A stretch of 64,000 bases of DNA from the human T2T-CHM13v2.0 reference genome, Homo sapiens. Below, in pieces: positions 1-13,883 of the stretch; within the stretch, counting starts at the first letter, position 1, and each line of letters starts with the position of its first letter. The notes below the pieces were generated by a model. The model was given only the letters and a program-made list of their open reading frames with translations. It ran no database searches and was not told where the DNA came from. Where the stretch lies: assembly GCF_009914755.1 (NCBI RefSeq), contig NC_060930.1; one strand, 5' to 3'. The position numbers and the translations under genes were made by a program.

Positions 1-3000
1 AGGCTGGACAGGTGAGAAGAGCCTCCAAAAGACAAAACTTCTTCCTGGTTTAAAGAAACAGCACACTAGGCCAGATAAACACAAAAGGAAACAAATCACA
101 GGCGCTAATAGGGAGTCGGGAGCTGTTCTTTTCTCTGACCTATACACATGGCTCTCTCTCACCAGACATTCAAATTTTTAGGCCGCACATCCACAAAGAG
201 AGACATATATTTCACTGTGTGTTCAACTACTTATGCACAAGACTATAGTACACACAAAATAGAAATAAATTATATAAGTCTTAAAGTAAATGCTAGAAGT
301 TGTCTTGAGTACAGCCTGTTCTATATGAATAGGTGCCAGGTGCTGGCACTTCCAACTAAGCTACCAACCCTGAAGTAAGCAAGAAAAGAATATAAATATT
401 TAAGAAAATAAATCAAAGTGTATTTCAAATAAGGCTCTTCCAAACAAAAATCTGTGTTATAAATTAACAGCAGGTTATTGTTATGGCAGAGTCAGAGACC
501 TCCAGACTCTTTAAAATAGTAGACGACTCATTTGTCAAGAGTTAGGGTAAGAAAGCAGATCACCAGCTGCTCCTGTGTTCACAAGTGCTCCCCTAGTTTT
601 CTTTCAGAAAACTTTGAAACAACTAAGCAGGCGGAGCTCTGGTTTCTGATAGGTGAGTGCCAGGCTTAATCTGCAAACTGAACAATGTTTCCTGGGAAGT
701 TGCAATTAATTTTTCAAACCCAGGGCTTAAGTGAGGGAGACTGAGCCAAGATGGTAGTAGGAGGAGTTCCTTAGAAAACTGAGTGGCAGTGCAGGGGCTG
801 TTGCAGCTCTGACAGAATTCACAAGGAAGCTGCTACAGCAAACCCATCAGGTTCCCATTAAGGCTTCAAAGAAAGATGCACAAAAGGTAGTCCAGACGGA
901 TTAACCTGGATTAACCTAGCACTAAGCATCTGAGGATCCCTAGATAAACAAACAAACAAATTATACTGCCAACAGGAGGATATTTTTTTCTCCCGTGGTC
1001 TCTCTTTAACTGATGATGAAAATCTTCTAATTGGGTCTTCGAGGAATTATCATAGCAAGCAGTCATCCACTAAGGTTGTGGAGATTATGTGGTTGTTTCA
1101 CAACACAAAGGGAAGGTTCTTATGTGTTAGTTTTGTTTTGTTTTTAACAAATGCATTTTCAGAGACCAGTATCTAGAGGAACTACTGGCTAGGAGAAAGG
1201 GTGGTTTTAGGATTAGCTGTTATTGAACTGAAATAGTAATGCCAGTTCATTTCACAAAGGTATAACTGGTATTTTTGTAAGAAAGAAAATAAAGTTGGAT
1301 TTGATTTAATGGAAAGCGATTTAAAGTACAGTACTAAATATTTAAATGCAGTGTGACAACCAGATCAAAGATGTTTCATATTGACATGATTTATAAAATG
1401 TTATATATAATATATATCTCATATATAAATTTTAAGCAATTGTGCAAATATTCTGTAAAAAGGGTCATTTCACATTACTAAATTCTAGTGGTCCAGAAAT
1501 GCAGAATGCATTCATTAAAATTCATTTAAACATTAGCAAGTAGTGTTTAGATCACCGGAAATCCTTTTTAGCAGTCAGGGATTTAAGTAGCCTATTACTG
1601 ATCCATGATCCACTAGATTAAACATCATAGAGGAATGCAATTTTTTTTTTAATAAATGGGTTCCAACTGTCAAAATGGCAGTTCAATATAAAAAAGAGTG
1701 CTCTGCCAAACAAATATTCTCCCATTTGTGGAATTTTATGGCTCACCAAAGAAAAAAAAAAAAAGAAAAAAAAATCCCACTAAAACAGTATAATTTCTGC
1801 TCTTCCTATGAAATATATTACTTGGTTCCCTCCTTCATTTAATTTTTTTAGATGTGGATTTAATTCATCATTGCAATATGCCCACGTCTCATGTTATCCT
1901 GTTGAAAACATAAAAACACACAGTATTTAAACATTTCCTATTTGAGACATTATTCTAGATCATAGTCAATCTACTGTGTATATATACATATAAAATGTAT
2001 ATATAAAATGTATATATACACACACACATATAATTTATACACACATACACATGTACCTATGATAATATCAGATCAACAAATGTTAACTTTATACAAGTAT
2101 TTGCAAGAAAAAATAGGGCATTTTCTCCACCATTCACAAGCTTATGTTATTTTCTTCTTGAGGCAGTCCCTGATAAAATAAAATAATCATTAAACCATAA
2201 AATAATTTTGCCACTTCAAATTTTCAGAAGGCAACAGGCACTTTGATGTATATTGGTGTGTAACAAATATAATCTCTCTTCATATATTCTACTATATCTC
2301 TTCTAATTGGGTATTTTTATCTGTTAAATCTTTGGTCCTTGAGCACACTTTCTTTGTTACAGCTGTTTTTGCTTGCATTTTTACATTTTAAAAATGTGAT
2401 CTATGCACGCAGCTGGAATTAATGGATTGTGTCATCATAAGTTCTGCTGATTGTTACGAGAACTGCACCAACCTACTACTGTTCATTTGGAGCAAGCCGT
2501 TTGTTAGCAAAACAAGATCATTCCACAGAAAGCACTTGCTACAAGCCTCAGACAGTAATCCCAACGTTGGAGTTCCCCTTTTTCCTGTATTGTTACTATT
2601 AATATCTGAACTCCTAAACTGATTCACAAGTTGGAGTGAGACCTTTTTTCCTCCGTATTTTCCCTTTTATGAATTCCATCTTAAAAGAAACTTTCCACTT
2701 TTTTTTTTCCTATGGCAAAGCTATGGGAGCAGATACAGCAAACCCATATTGTCATCACACATTTCTTCTCTTGTATCAGGAGAACCTGGTTGCTTCTAAT
2801 GACAGGTCTCTCTTTTTTTGCAGGATAGAATCCAATTGGGTAGGAGAATAAGAGAAGGGAAAAGGATCCTTTCGAGATCATGCTCCCACATCTATTAAAA
2901 GATACATAAGCTTTGCCAAACTTAAAACCAGGAGCATATCATCATTGCACAAAACACATCCCTAATAAGGGCTGGATCACTCTTTTTTTTTTCTTTTTTT

Positions 3001-3058
3001 TTTTTTCTCTCCTGTCTTGTCTGAAATGGCTTCCCCACAGGACATTTTTAAATGATTC
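1..3058 (-). other. TENT5A: TENT5A long AU-rich 3'UTR (probably continues beyond the window start)
   Basis: Follows the TAA stop at 3059-3061. AT-rich and free of recognisable interspersed repeats. No convincing terminal AATAAA plus cleavage context seen on the minus strand. Confidence 0.8.
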
Positions 3059-3835
<777 letters not shown>

Positions 3836-4800
3836 CTACAATTTAAAAGATAAAACAAAATGAGCAAACCTAGAAAATAATAAATCAATAAATAAATACA
3901 TCCTCTTCACAGCTGAGAATTATTTTGCTCTTTCCCTTTTGTTTTGTCAAGTTTCAGCCAAACACTACCTACAGGCTTAAACGGTCTTCTGAAAATAGAA
4001 AAAAAATACTTTTAACGAGTAGTTTTACTGTCTGGGAAAGGGACTAGAGGTAATAGTTTGAGGCTTTTGGCAGACGTAGCACAGTAGTAAGAGGTTTTGT
4101 TGTCATGTCTGACTTTTTAAGTGTTACTTTTTGAAAACGGTCTAATAGGCACAATATTCACACAGTATCCAAACAACATTCAAAAGACTCGGAAGGGCAT
4201 TCAGCGGTAGGTTAGTCAGCCTCTCGCCCTTGTTCCAAGCCACCCAATTCCTCTCCGCCTGCGGCAATCAATGTTATCAGTATCTTGTGTGTCCCTCCAG
4301 GGGCACCCTGCAGTTACAATCAAATATAAACTAAATTATGACATTCCAGGAGCCTGCCTCCTCAGACAATTTTAACTAATCATATAAAACCCGTCTTGAA
4401 CTAAAGTGGAGGGTGGGGAGGGGGTGCCACTATACCCTTAACATATGAACCAGCACGAAGAACCACCAGATAGACCTTTAACACGTAGTCAGCTGAATGC
4501 CGCTGTGAAATCTATTCACCTTTTCCAGTACAATAAAAAACTCATTGACTCACTTCTGCTTCAGGCTGTTATTTTCCCAAAGGCTAGACTCAAATATAAT
4601 GACTCAAAAATTATTTACATCATTTCATTCTGCCAAGTATCAGAATCTACTCTGGACAAGACTCCAACAGGGAAAGCCAAGAGTTAAAACATAAGGAGAA
4701 AGAAGAGAAGAGAGGGCAGAGGAGGACCTGGGAGAAGAGTTGTAGCGCCAAAGCATCAAGTAAACTGAAACACTCAACACCGTCCACGCACGTCAGTTTA

Positions 4801-5790
<990 letters not shown>

Positions 5791-5794
5791 TCAC

Positions 5795-6045
5795 CTGGAG
5801 GCGGCCGCCCCTTCTAGGAGCGCAGCGAGCGAGAGCGAAACCGAGAGGCGGCAACACTTCCAGGAGCTGCGAGCGCGCTCAGACAGCAAATAGCGACTTC
5901 GTCTTTCCCAGACCCCTGCCGCCTGCGCTCACCACTCCCTCCCCGCGACCCCTCCTGCGCCGCTGCCACCCCAGCTGCGGTGGTCCCGAACTGGCGGCTC
6001 TTGCTGCCACACACGCTCGTGTCTCTGGAGCTTTAGCAGTTGTGC
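5795..6045 (-). other. TENT5A: TENT5A non-coding first exon (5'UTR); TSS approximate
   Basis: Donor CTCCAG|GTGACA (GT 5794-5793). TSS inferred ~30 nt downstream of the TATA box at 6069-6075. No ATG seen in this interval on the minus strand. Confidence 0.7.
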
Positions 6046-6138
6046 GGGGAAAATGTCTTCAGTACTTTTTTTATACCGGGCTTCTCTGCGCTTCCGGGGC
6101 CCAGAGCGGCACGTTCGCCACACCCTCCTCATCTGCAT
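5933..6138 (-). CDS. TENT5A: Alternative N-terminal coding segment MQMRRVW...GRE(W), 81-aa extension giving a 523-aa isoform
   Basis: ORF 5929..6138 ends at a strong donor GAGTG|GTGAGC (GT 5932-5931). TG|G is in frame with exon 2. Requires a TSS upstream of 6138. Confidence 0.5.
6069..6075 (-). promoter_or_regulatory. TATA box (TATAAAA)
   Basis: Minus strand ccggTATAAAAAAAgtac embedded in GC-rich DNA, with GC-box-like tracts at ~6143-6170. Confidence 0.7.
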
Positions 6139-6796
6139 AGGGCGCCGCCCCCTCTGCCCTCCCCCGCCCGCAGGGCACGCAGCTGACTAGCCCAGCAGTT
6201 AGTGCGGGACGACTGCCGGTGAGCGTGAGGTCCTGGGCTGTATGTGCGGATACTGTGTGCGCCCGTAGATGCGTGTATTTATACATACATTTAATTTATG
6301 TACGCCCCCTCCCACAAATCTCTTTTCATTTTCCCCAGGAGGAGACACTTTAAATGCCCCAGGAATCATAAGTGGTCATCAAAACCAGATCACGACTAAA
6401 ATCCTGCAACTGCAGAAACTTCCCAAAATTCTCGCGGACTCAGCCCGTCTTTAGATCATCACGGTTGGGCTCCGGAGGTTCCTCACGACCGCTCTTTTAA
6501 ACCTCGGTTTTTAGGTAGACCATTTACTCCATTGATAAACCCGATCCAAGTGTGGACTCATGAGTCCACTCTTGCACGCAAATCAGTCACGGCGCGTGAG
6601 TGGGAAGGGCTTGTTGATAACTGGGTTTCGATTCTCGAAACCTCGGGAAGCGCGCCGGGGAGCTCTGGGCGAGCCCGAGAAGGCGCGGGGGCGGCACCAC
6701 GGGCCTCGGGCGTGCGCGGCTCCTGCGCACGAGTGGCTCCAAGGGGCCAGTACTTCGCGGGGGTCAGGGCGCGTCACGGAGCAGACGCGGGCGAGC

Positions 6797-6805
6797 AGCC
6801 AATGG
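6797..6805 (+). promoter_or_regulatory. CCAAT box (NF-Y consensus AGCCAATGG) among GC boxes
   Basis: CCAAT at 6799-6803; GGGGCGG at ~6687-6693; GGGCGGG at ~6815-6821. Confidence 0.5.
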
Positions 6806-7360
6806 CCGAGGACTGGGCGGGCCGAGTGGGCGCAGAGAGCGCGCCCGGGGAGTGCGTGCTGCCCCGGAGTCCAGGGAAAGGGCCGCTAGGTGTCCGGTGC
6901 CTTTGCTGCGAGTTCTCTGACAAAATTGGAGGCGGCGAAGCGCGTTCCTCGCGGCCCCCTAAAGTTTGGCCATTTTAAGTGCATCATAGTGTCAGTGGAA
7001 TACGATTTGGTTTTCCACGAGATGTAAAAGTAGGAGTTTCAAGAATAAAATGAATTCTCTCCTCCAGCTTCGGTGACTTCGGCAGAGCTAATTCTACGCA
7101 CGCTCACTCGCGCCACCACCACTCTGCTAGAAAGCTGTGGCCGTCTCTTCGGCAGCTCGCTGCCTCCATCAACTAACCCGGAGCAGCTTTCCCAGCGCCT
7201 AGACGCTGCCGGGGGCTGAGGTGGGGCAGAGGGGAGAATGCCAGGGTCACAGAATACTCCCCAAACCCTGCTCAGCCCTGCCCGCCCAGACTGGGAGGAA
7301 AAACAGCCCGCACCTCCTAACTGGGGGAGCCCCGGCCTAGTCACTCAAGCTGCGCGGCTC

Positions 7361-7385
7361 GGGGGTGAGGGGTAGGGTGCGGGGG
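7361..7385 (+). other. Canonical G-quadruplex motif
   Basis: GGGGG-TGA-GGGG-TA-GGG-TGC-GGGGG. Confidence 0.6.
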
Positions 7386-7679
7386 TGTCACCCGTGGAGC
7401 ATCCAGCTGCGTGACAACGCCGCCCCCTCCCGGTGCCCTGCCGAGCTGCGTCCCAAAATGGAGAAATCCGACTGTCTCTGTGGCAGAGGCCATCCCCTCA
7501 GCGCTGCGCCTAAGCACTGAGGTGCGCCTGGGGACTCTAGGACAACTACCCTGTCCGCATAGGGCCATCGCTTCCTTCAGAGCACACCCATGTGTTCCTC
7601 TGACCAGCCATCGGCGCATGAATCTATCTTAACCAGGCATTTTATACATATATATACATATGCATATTCCTGTGTGAGC

Positions 7680-8030
7680 ATGTGTATAGAGAGAGCATTT
7701 AGTGACCTGTTACGTGCCAGGCAACAGGCTAAGTGCTGAAGATTTAAGAATGACATTTCACGTAATCTAGAGGGCATAGCACCTAGGTGCATAATTATGG
7801 TTCAGTTGCATATGTATTATGAGAGAAGTATATTCTGACGCAATCGCGTGGCGGGCTAACGACATAGGAAACGGAGAGACACCCGAGAAGGTGTCATTTG
7901 GACTGGATCTTGAAAGAATGGATGTTCTTTCAGTAGTCGGGGAAAGAGGAGAAGAGCGTTATCTACAAAGGGAAGCGTATGGAGTTGGAGAATGTTTGAG
8001 GAAGGATATGTACACTCCCGTGATTAATAA
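7680..8030 (-). mobile_element. L2 fragment (3' end)
   Basis: gcatttagtgacctgttacgtgccaggcaacaggctaagtgctg resembles the reverse-complemented L2 3' end. Confidence 0.55.
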
Positions 8031-8351
8031 ATGAGATTGGTAGTGCCTTGAGATAAGGTTTATGAGTACCAGGAACTTATTGAACACGTCTGGGCTATAA
8101 CCTGTTTAGCTCCTTAACATAATACCTAATTTAATCTTCAAGAAGAAGGTATTTCCATCTCCTAGGGATCTAGAAACAGAGGAATCCAAGAAGTTAAGAA
8201 ACATTCCCAAGTTCCACAACTAATAAGTTGTGGGGTCAGGCCTTTAACCCAACCCATTTGGCTGTGAATGCTGTTTAGTGGTCATTACGGGGTAACGAGT
8301 GGTCTGTAGCTTATCAGTACCTTCTTATTGGAAAACAAGACAAGCACAAAT

Positions 8352-8511
8352 AGGAAGAAGGAACGATGGGGAGGGGAGGGAAGGGGAGGGGGAAAAGAAG
8401 AAAAGGAAATGGAGGAAGGGAGGGGAAGGGAAGGGAAAAAGAAAAGAAAAGGGGGGGAAGAGAAGAGTAAAGAAGAAAAGAGAAGAGAAAAGAAAAAGAA
8501 AAGAAAAAAGA
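8352..8511 (+). repeat. GA-rich polypurine low-complexity tract
   Basis: About 160 bp of almost only G and A. Confidence 0.9.
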
Positions 8512-9814
8512 CCTGTTAAAAATGTTTCTTTCAAAGACCGGTATGAATTCTGCCCCTTCTTAAAACAAAGCCAAAGTAATAGATCGTATATTAGACACGC
8601 TGTACTTTAAAAACCAAGGGTGTGTGCATGTGTGTGTGTTTAGCTCTACTACAATTATTTTGTACTTTATTTTTACCCTTGCTCCAAAAACTGAAAATAA
8701 AGAAGACTCTTAGAGCTGATGGACACCTGCCTATGCATACCCAGGATTTCGTTCTGTAGCACCAAAGGAATCTGCATTTTGGCAAGCTGTCATGGTGATC
8801 CTGACACAAGGGCCCAGCCACACTTTGCGCTGCACTGAGAACAGCCACCATAGTCCAGTTCTCTAAGTGGGGACCCTCCCCCAAGCAAAGGCTGATCCCA
8901 TGGCCATTCCCAGAAATGGAGGGCACAACTGAGAGGTGGAAGCACAGCATGAAGCTGGACTTGCAGGGCCCGCTTACGTGCTATATGCTGTGCTGGGGAG
9001 AAGAAGATAATCCCAGCAGCAGTGTGCCAAGACCGCCTCTCCCCCAAGCATCCAATGCTTTGTGGCTGACACTTCCTTAAACCTTTAACAAAACATTCCC
9101 CCTTTCCCAACCATAATCCAGACCCTACTGCCTCCTGCATTGGGACATCTGGGATATCTTACTTTTGGCAATGCCTTTGTGGGCAATTTAATCTTTGACT
9201 GGATTAATATGTGCCTGATACATAGTGACCAATCATTACATACTGTTGAATGAAAGCATATGTTGTTCACTGTCCCACTTTTTCCTGTCTTCAAACTGAA
9301 ATAATATTTACATTCTAGGAAAAAATATCCATCCTTAAATAAAATTGCATATTCTGCTATTGAAACCATAATTTTTTTCTAGATAACCAAAATAATTATG
9401 AAATGAGAACGCCTATACTTTCCAAATACATTCACAACTAAGATATTTCTCAACACAGTTACTCTTAGATTAAATTTAGATGCAAAGTTGCTAAATTTTT
9501 CCCCCAGGCTTTAGCTTCTGAACCTATTTGATAAATTATTTACTTTCTCCCACTTAAAAGGAAAAAAAAAAACACCTGTGGCAATATGAAGCTCTTAGTT
9601 GATAAAGTTAAGACCACCACAAAACTGAAATACGGACAGCCTAAATTTAAACTGCTTTCTAAGCGAGCAGAAAAAAAGTCCTTATCCTGAAAGTTTTAAA
9701 GGAAAGCTTTGCATAGAATTTTGAGAAAGAAACACTTATAATTAGTTCATCTTATTTTTAAAGTTACAGTAACAATCAATCTGGACTTAGCAAAATAAGA
9801 TGTTCAGCTTCGGC

Positions 9815-10000
9815 CTTAATGATAGTTATTATTATTGAGTTTGTTATTATATCCCAGAAACTCTGCTAAATATTTTATATACATTATTTTTTCTAAACTT
9901 TCTCTAAAAACCAGAGCTGTACACATTATATCTCCATAGGAAAGATAGGGCATAAGAAGGTTAAGTAACTTAGAGAAATCACAGAGCCTTGGTTCAGACC
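9815..10000 (-). mobile_element. MIR
   Basis: Core ...ggcataagaaggttaagtaacttagagaaatcacagagc. Confidence 0.55.
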
Positions 10001-13000
10001 CATGCACGTCAGTTCCTTACATTCTGTGACTTGGCTTGTCCCCAGTCTTGTCATATTCCTCCTAGACTTAAACTTGAGCTGGAACTGCACTCTGATTCTT
10101 CTTTCTTTCCAAGTTCTGGACATTCAGGTTGGGCATAACTTTGGAGACCAAGTGATTTTATCCTGAAACAACTGCTGAGGGCCAGAATGCACAATGACCT
10201 GACAAAGCAGATGGCCACTTCTTCCCCAGCAGCCACGAATGACCTCTGTGGCAGCAGAGAGCTAGCAAGCCAGCACCTTATGGAGAATTTGCAACAAACA
10301 CCAGACACACTGAAACACAATGGGGTGTTTGAAGACTGCCCCATGTTCAATTAGTGGTACTTTCCCCTTCTTGCCCTGCTTCCTACCTTCTCAAAAATGG
10401 TTTCAGAAGATGGGAAGCCACCAAATATGAAATTATTCATTCAAGTTCATACCCAGAAGGAGAGATAGAAGAAAAAAGCACCCACCAGCCCCCACCCCGC
10501 CGCCACACACAAAACCTGCCATTAAGCCTGCTACTTCCCTCTCTCATAGCATTCTAGCCAGTCTCCCCCAACATTCCTGTCCTGCTTTTGGTCTTTCCAC
10601 ACCAGCCCTCTCCACTGTCTCTCTTGATTTTCCACCTTCTACCACTTCTGCTCTTGGAACCTTTCTACAAAAAGTGGCATGTACTTCTAGAAGCACCCTG
10701 CAATGCAGGCAGAGCAGTGGTAGTGTGAAGAATTTGAGTACTCCCCCACCCCTGTCTGTCCCCCACCTATTTGCTGCCTTTGTGGTGCAAATCCTAGTAA
10801 TTCCAGAGACCACTGGGGTATTGCATGCTTTTCCAAGCATGCACACACATATGCCTTCTTTGCAGAGTAAACTGAACATCTCTCTGCTGTCCAGTTAGTG
10901 TTTGTAGAAAAGCAACTGATCAAAGTGCTTCATGTAAAAATTAAAACTCACTTGGGAAAATAAATTACCTGTTTTCACAGGGAAATGGTGCTTGTGAAAT
11001 GACGTTTCCTATGTTTCTTCAGAAAATAAAAAATGTTTATTCATTATTCAGGGCCTGTGGAAGATCGGCAACATCCTATGTCATACAGGTTAGTTTGGGA
11101 AAAACCATCCAATGTATTACTTGTATATTCTTTGTAATCAACAGATTAGCTTTTATAGTTTTAAACTTTTCAACCCTTTTTCTTCTATATCATCTCATTT
11201 TATCTTCAAAACTGTGCTGATCAGCATGAAGTTCTAAGTTTAGAGATGAAGAAAGGCTAGATGATCTTCCCTATATTTACACAGCTAGTTATGGGAAAGT
11301 TAAAGTTAGACTCAGTCGCCCTCATCATGCGGCAAAAGCCCTTCTAACCACACTGTTTAATCTTACATCAGTGTGAGTGCATTTAAATGATCAGCATCAA
11401 ACAGCTAAGTTTAAAGAGATCCTGTAGCGACACAGAGGATTTTTTATGTGGGCTACGTTCTCACCTGTGGACATAGTATAAAGCATCATTACTCTACTGT
11501 TGAGCATCTTATAAGTGTAATATCCTAAGATTTTATTTTAAGTGTGTTTATTTGAAGTATATGACCACATAAAAATAACTCCATTGAGAGTTACAGATCA
11601 GTGAGTTTAGGAAATTTAATATGCAAGCAGCAAATATGGTCAGACAGACCTACATCATCACTCTTATAATCGAACTTGGTTTGGATTGTCCTTTAACATA
11701 ATTCTTCATCAGAAAGACTAGCTAGTATTTTCTTATGCTATTATCAGTGTTATTATGCCAGAAGTTCTTCCTGTTGTGACATCTCTGTGAAATTTTGCCG
11801 TTTCAATCAGTGTTGCAAGGCGCATGGACCAGACTGTTTTCCTTACTCCAGACAAAAAAGACATTCAAAAGTTACATTCATTTGGCAAAACGTAAACTAG
11901 AAATACACTGTATTTTCAAAAACCATCAAATATGAATAAGTAAACTTTAATATTTGTATTATAATTTTTTTGTAAATTTGTGCTGGAATATGTTTAACTG
12001 CTCTGAAGAAAGTGTTGATTTTACTTATGGAAACTGTAAGGTTTTGTGAAGAGTACAAGGGAAGAATATAATATATTATTTCTCTTTTCTAGAAGGAATT
12101 TAGCCAAAAATGTTTGGGTACCTTGTAAAAAATAAGGCTGTATTCAATGAGTATGTTATATCCAGCTCATCTTGATATATTTTCAGCCTATTCTTACCTG
12201 TTCAACATATGTTGATACATTTTTTAGCTACTGATAGTTGATTTTTTATATGAGATTTAAACTTATGGCAGCTGTAGAAGGCCTATTTACTCATATGTAT
12301 ACATAAACCATACATTGATTCAATAATGCATATTTGTTTGAAATAACCTTCTTAGTGTTATTTCTACCATCACTTATTTTTATCTTTTCCTATTAACTTC
12401 CTTCCCTGACCTCAAAATTATCTGTTGCCAAACAAATTACAAATTAAATAGTACAACTAATGTTATCTTGATGTTTGGGAGAAATTACTATGGAATATGA
12501 TAAGCAACCAAAAAACACATCGTCTTAGAAAGTCTGAAAAACTGAACAAAACATAATAACTAAACAAAAGTTTCTCTTGAAGCTACTCAGAAAATGGACA
12601 TTTTTAAAACATTTAAAAAAAGAACTGTTCAAACCAGACTCTACGAAGAAAAATATGACTACCTTAAAAACCCTGAGATTGTTAAGTGTAAGTATGGAAA
12701 CTAGCTGTGGACTTTCTATAGGAAGTCACGCTAAGATGCCAACATTTATTCTGGTAATATGGAATAAAAGAAATTCATGTTTTCTTTCCTAACAAAAGAA
12801 AAGGCTTCAAGATGCTAGTAAATTAGGCATTAGCCGAGAAGGTGTAGAGGAGAACAAAAGCTATAAAAGTTATTGATATTTGAACCATGAAAGTGTCTGG
12901 CTGGAAGAGATCAGTTTCCAATAAACTACAACTCCTGCAGGGGAGCTGGGAAATAAAAGAGAATTTGGATTGACACATGATTAAGAAGGCTGAATATTGA

Positions 13001-13844
13001 TAGTTTAGATAAGTAAGATATCCCTAAAGGGTAATAGAACTGCCCTCTAGGTTTTGAAATTCATAATTATTTATGGAAGTGAATAATTGATTAGCATAAA
13101 AGTGATATTCTTAACATAAACTCATGTCAAAATATTAGAAAGGGAAAAAATATATGGCACTCAAGATTCTTTTCCCAACAATTTCTCCCTGATTTCCATT
13201 GAAATTCCAAAGATTTTGGTGGGTTTTTTTTTTTTGTAATTCACTGGAATTAACTCAGCAACCACATCCCACTCTATTTACTTATTGTGAGATCTTTGTG
13301 AGCAGTAGTTCGTCATCCTCACACTGACTAGATATGGATTGTGTTGCTGTGTTTTAAAAAAGAAGTATTTCTTGCAAACACTTATGACTTGTCTATGTCT
13401 TCTACAAGTCTGGACATGTCTTGGAACATTATCTGTGTTCTGTGGGTTACAAGGCTTGTCGAGGTCAAAGTACTCAGACATGAGACAGGCACCTTGTATA
13501 CTCCAGAGAGCTAGAAATACTTGGAGATTAAGTCTAGTCCATGCTCAGAGTAGTGCAGAATAGTGTATGTATTTTTAATTCACTATCTTAAAAGTAAATG
13601 ATAACGTTAAGAATAGTATATTTCACTTTAGTTATTATACATTTATGATTTTTTATATGAGATTTTAATGTTTCAAAGAGATGTTTAAAAATGGTAGATA
13701 CCCATTTTTCTAGCATCATTTTTATATACTAAATTCAGAAACTTTGTAATTGCCATATAAACTTGTGGAATCATGGAAATCATTTGAATAAATATACTAT
13801 CATAATATTTGAATTATGTTTTGTAGTACATTGCATTGTATTTC

Positions 13845-13847
<3 letters not shown>

Positions 13848-13881
<34 letters not shown>
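13848..13881. repeat. (TA)n microsatellite
   Basis: About 17 perfect TA units. Confidence 0.95.

Positions 13882-13883
<2 letters not shown>

Noticed and set aside
8299-8610. Lys/Arg/Glu-rich ORFs
   Set aside because: Translation of the GA-rich low-complexity tract.
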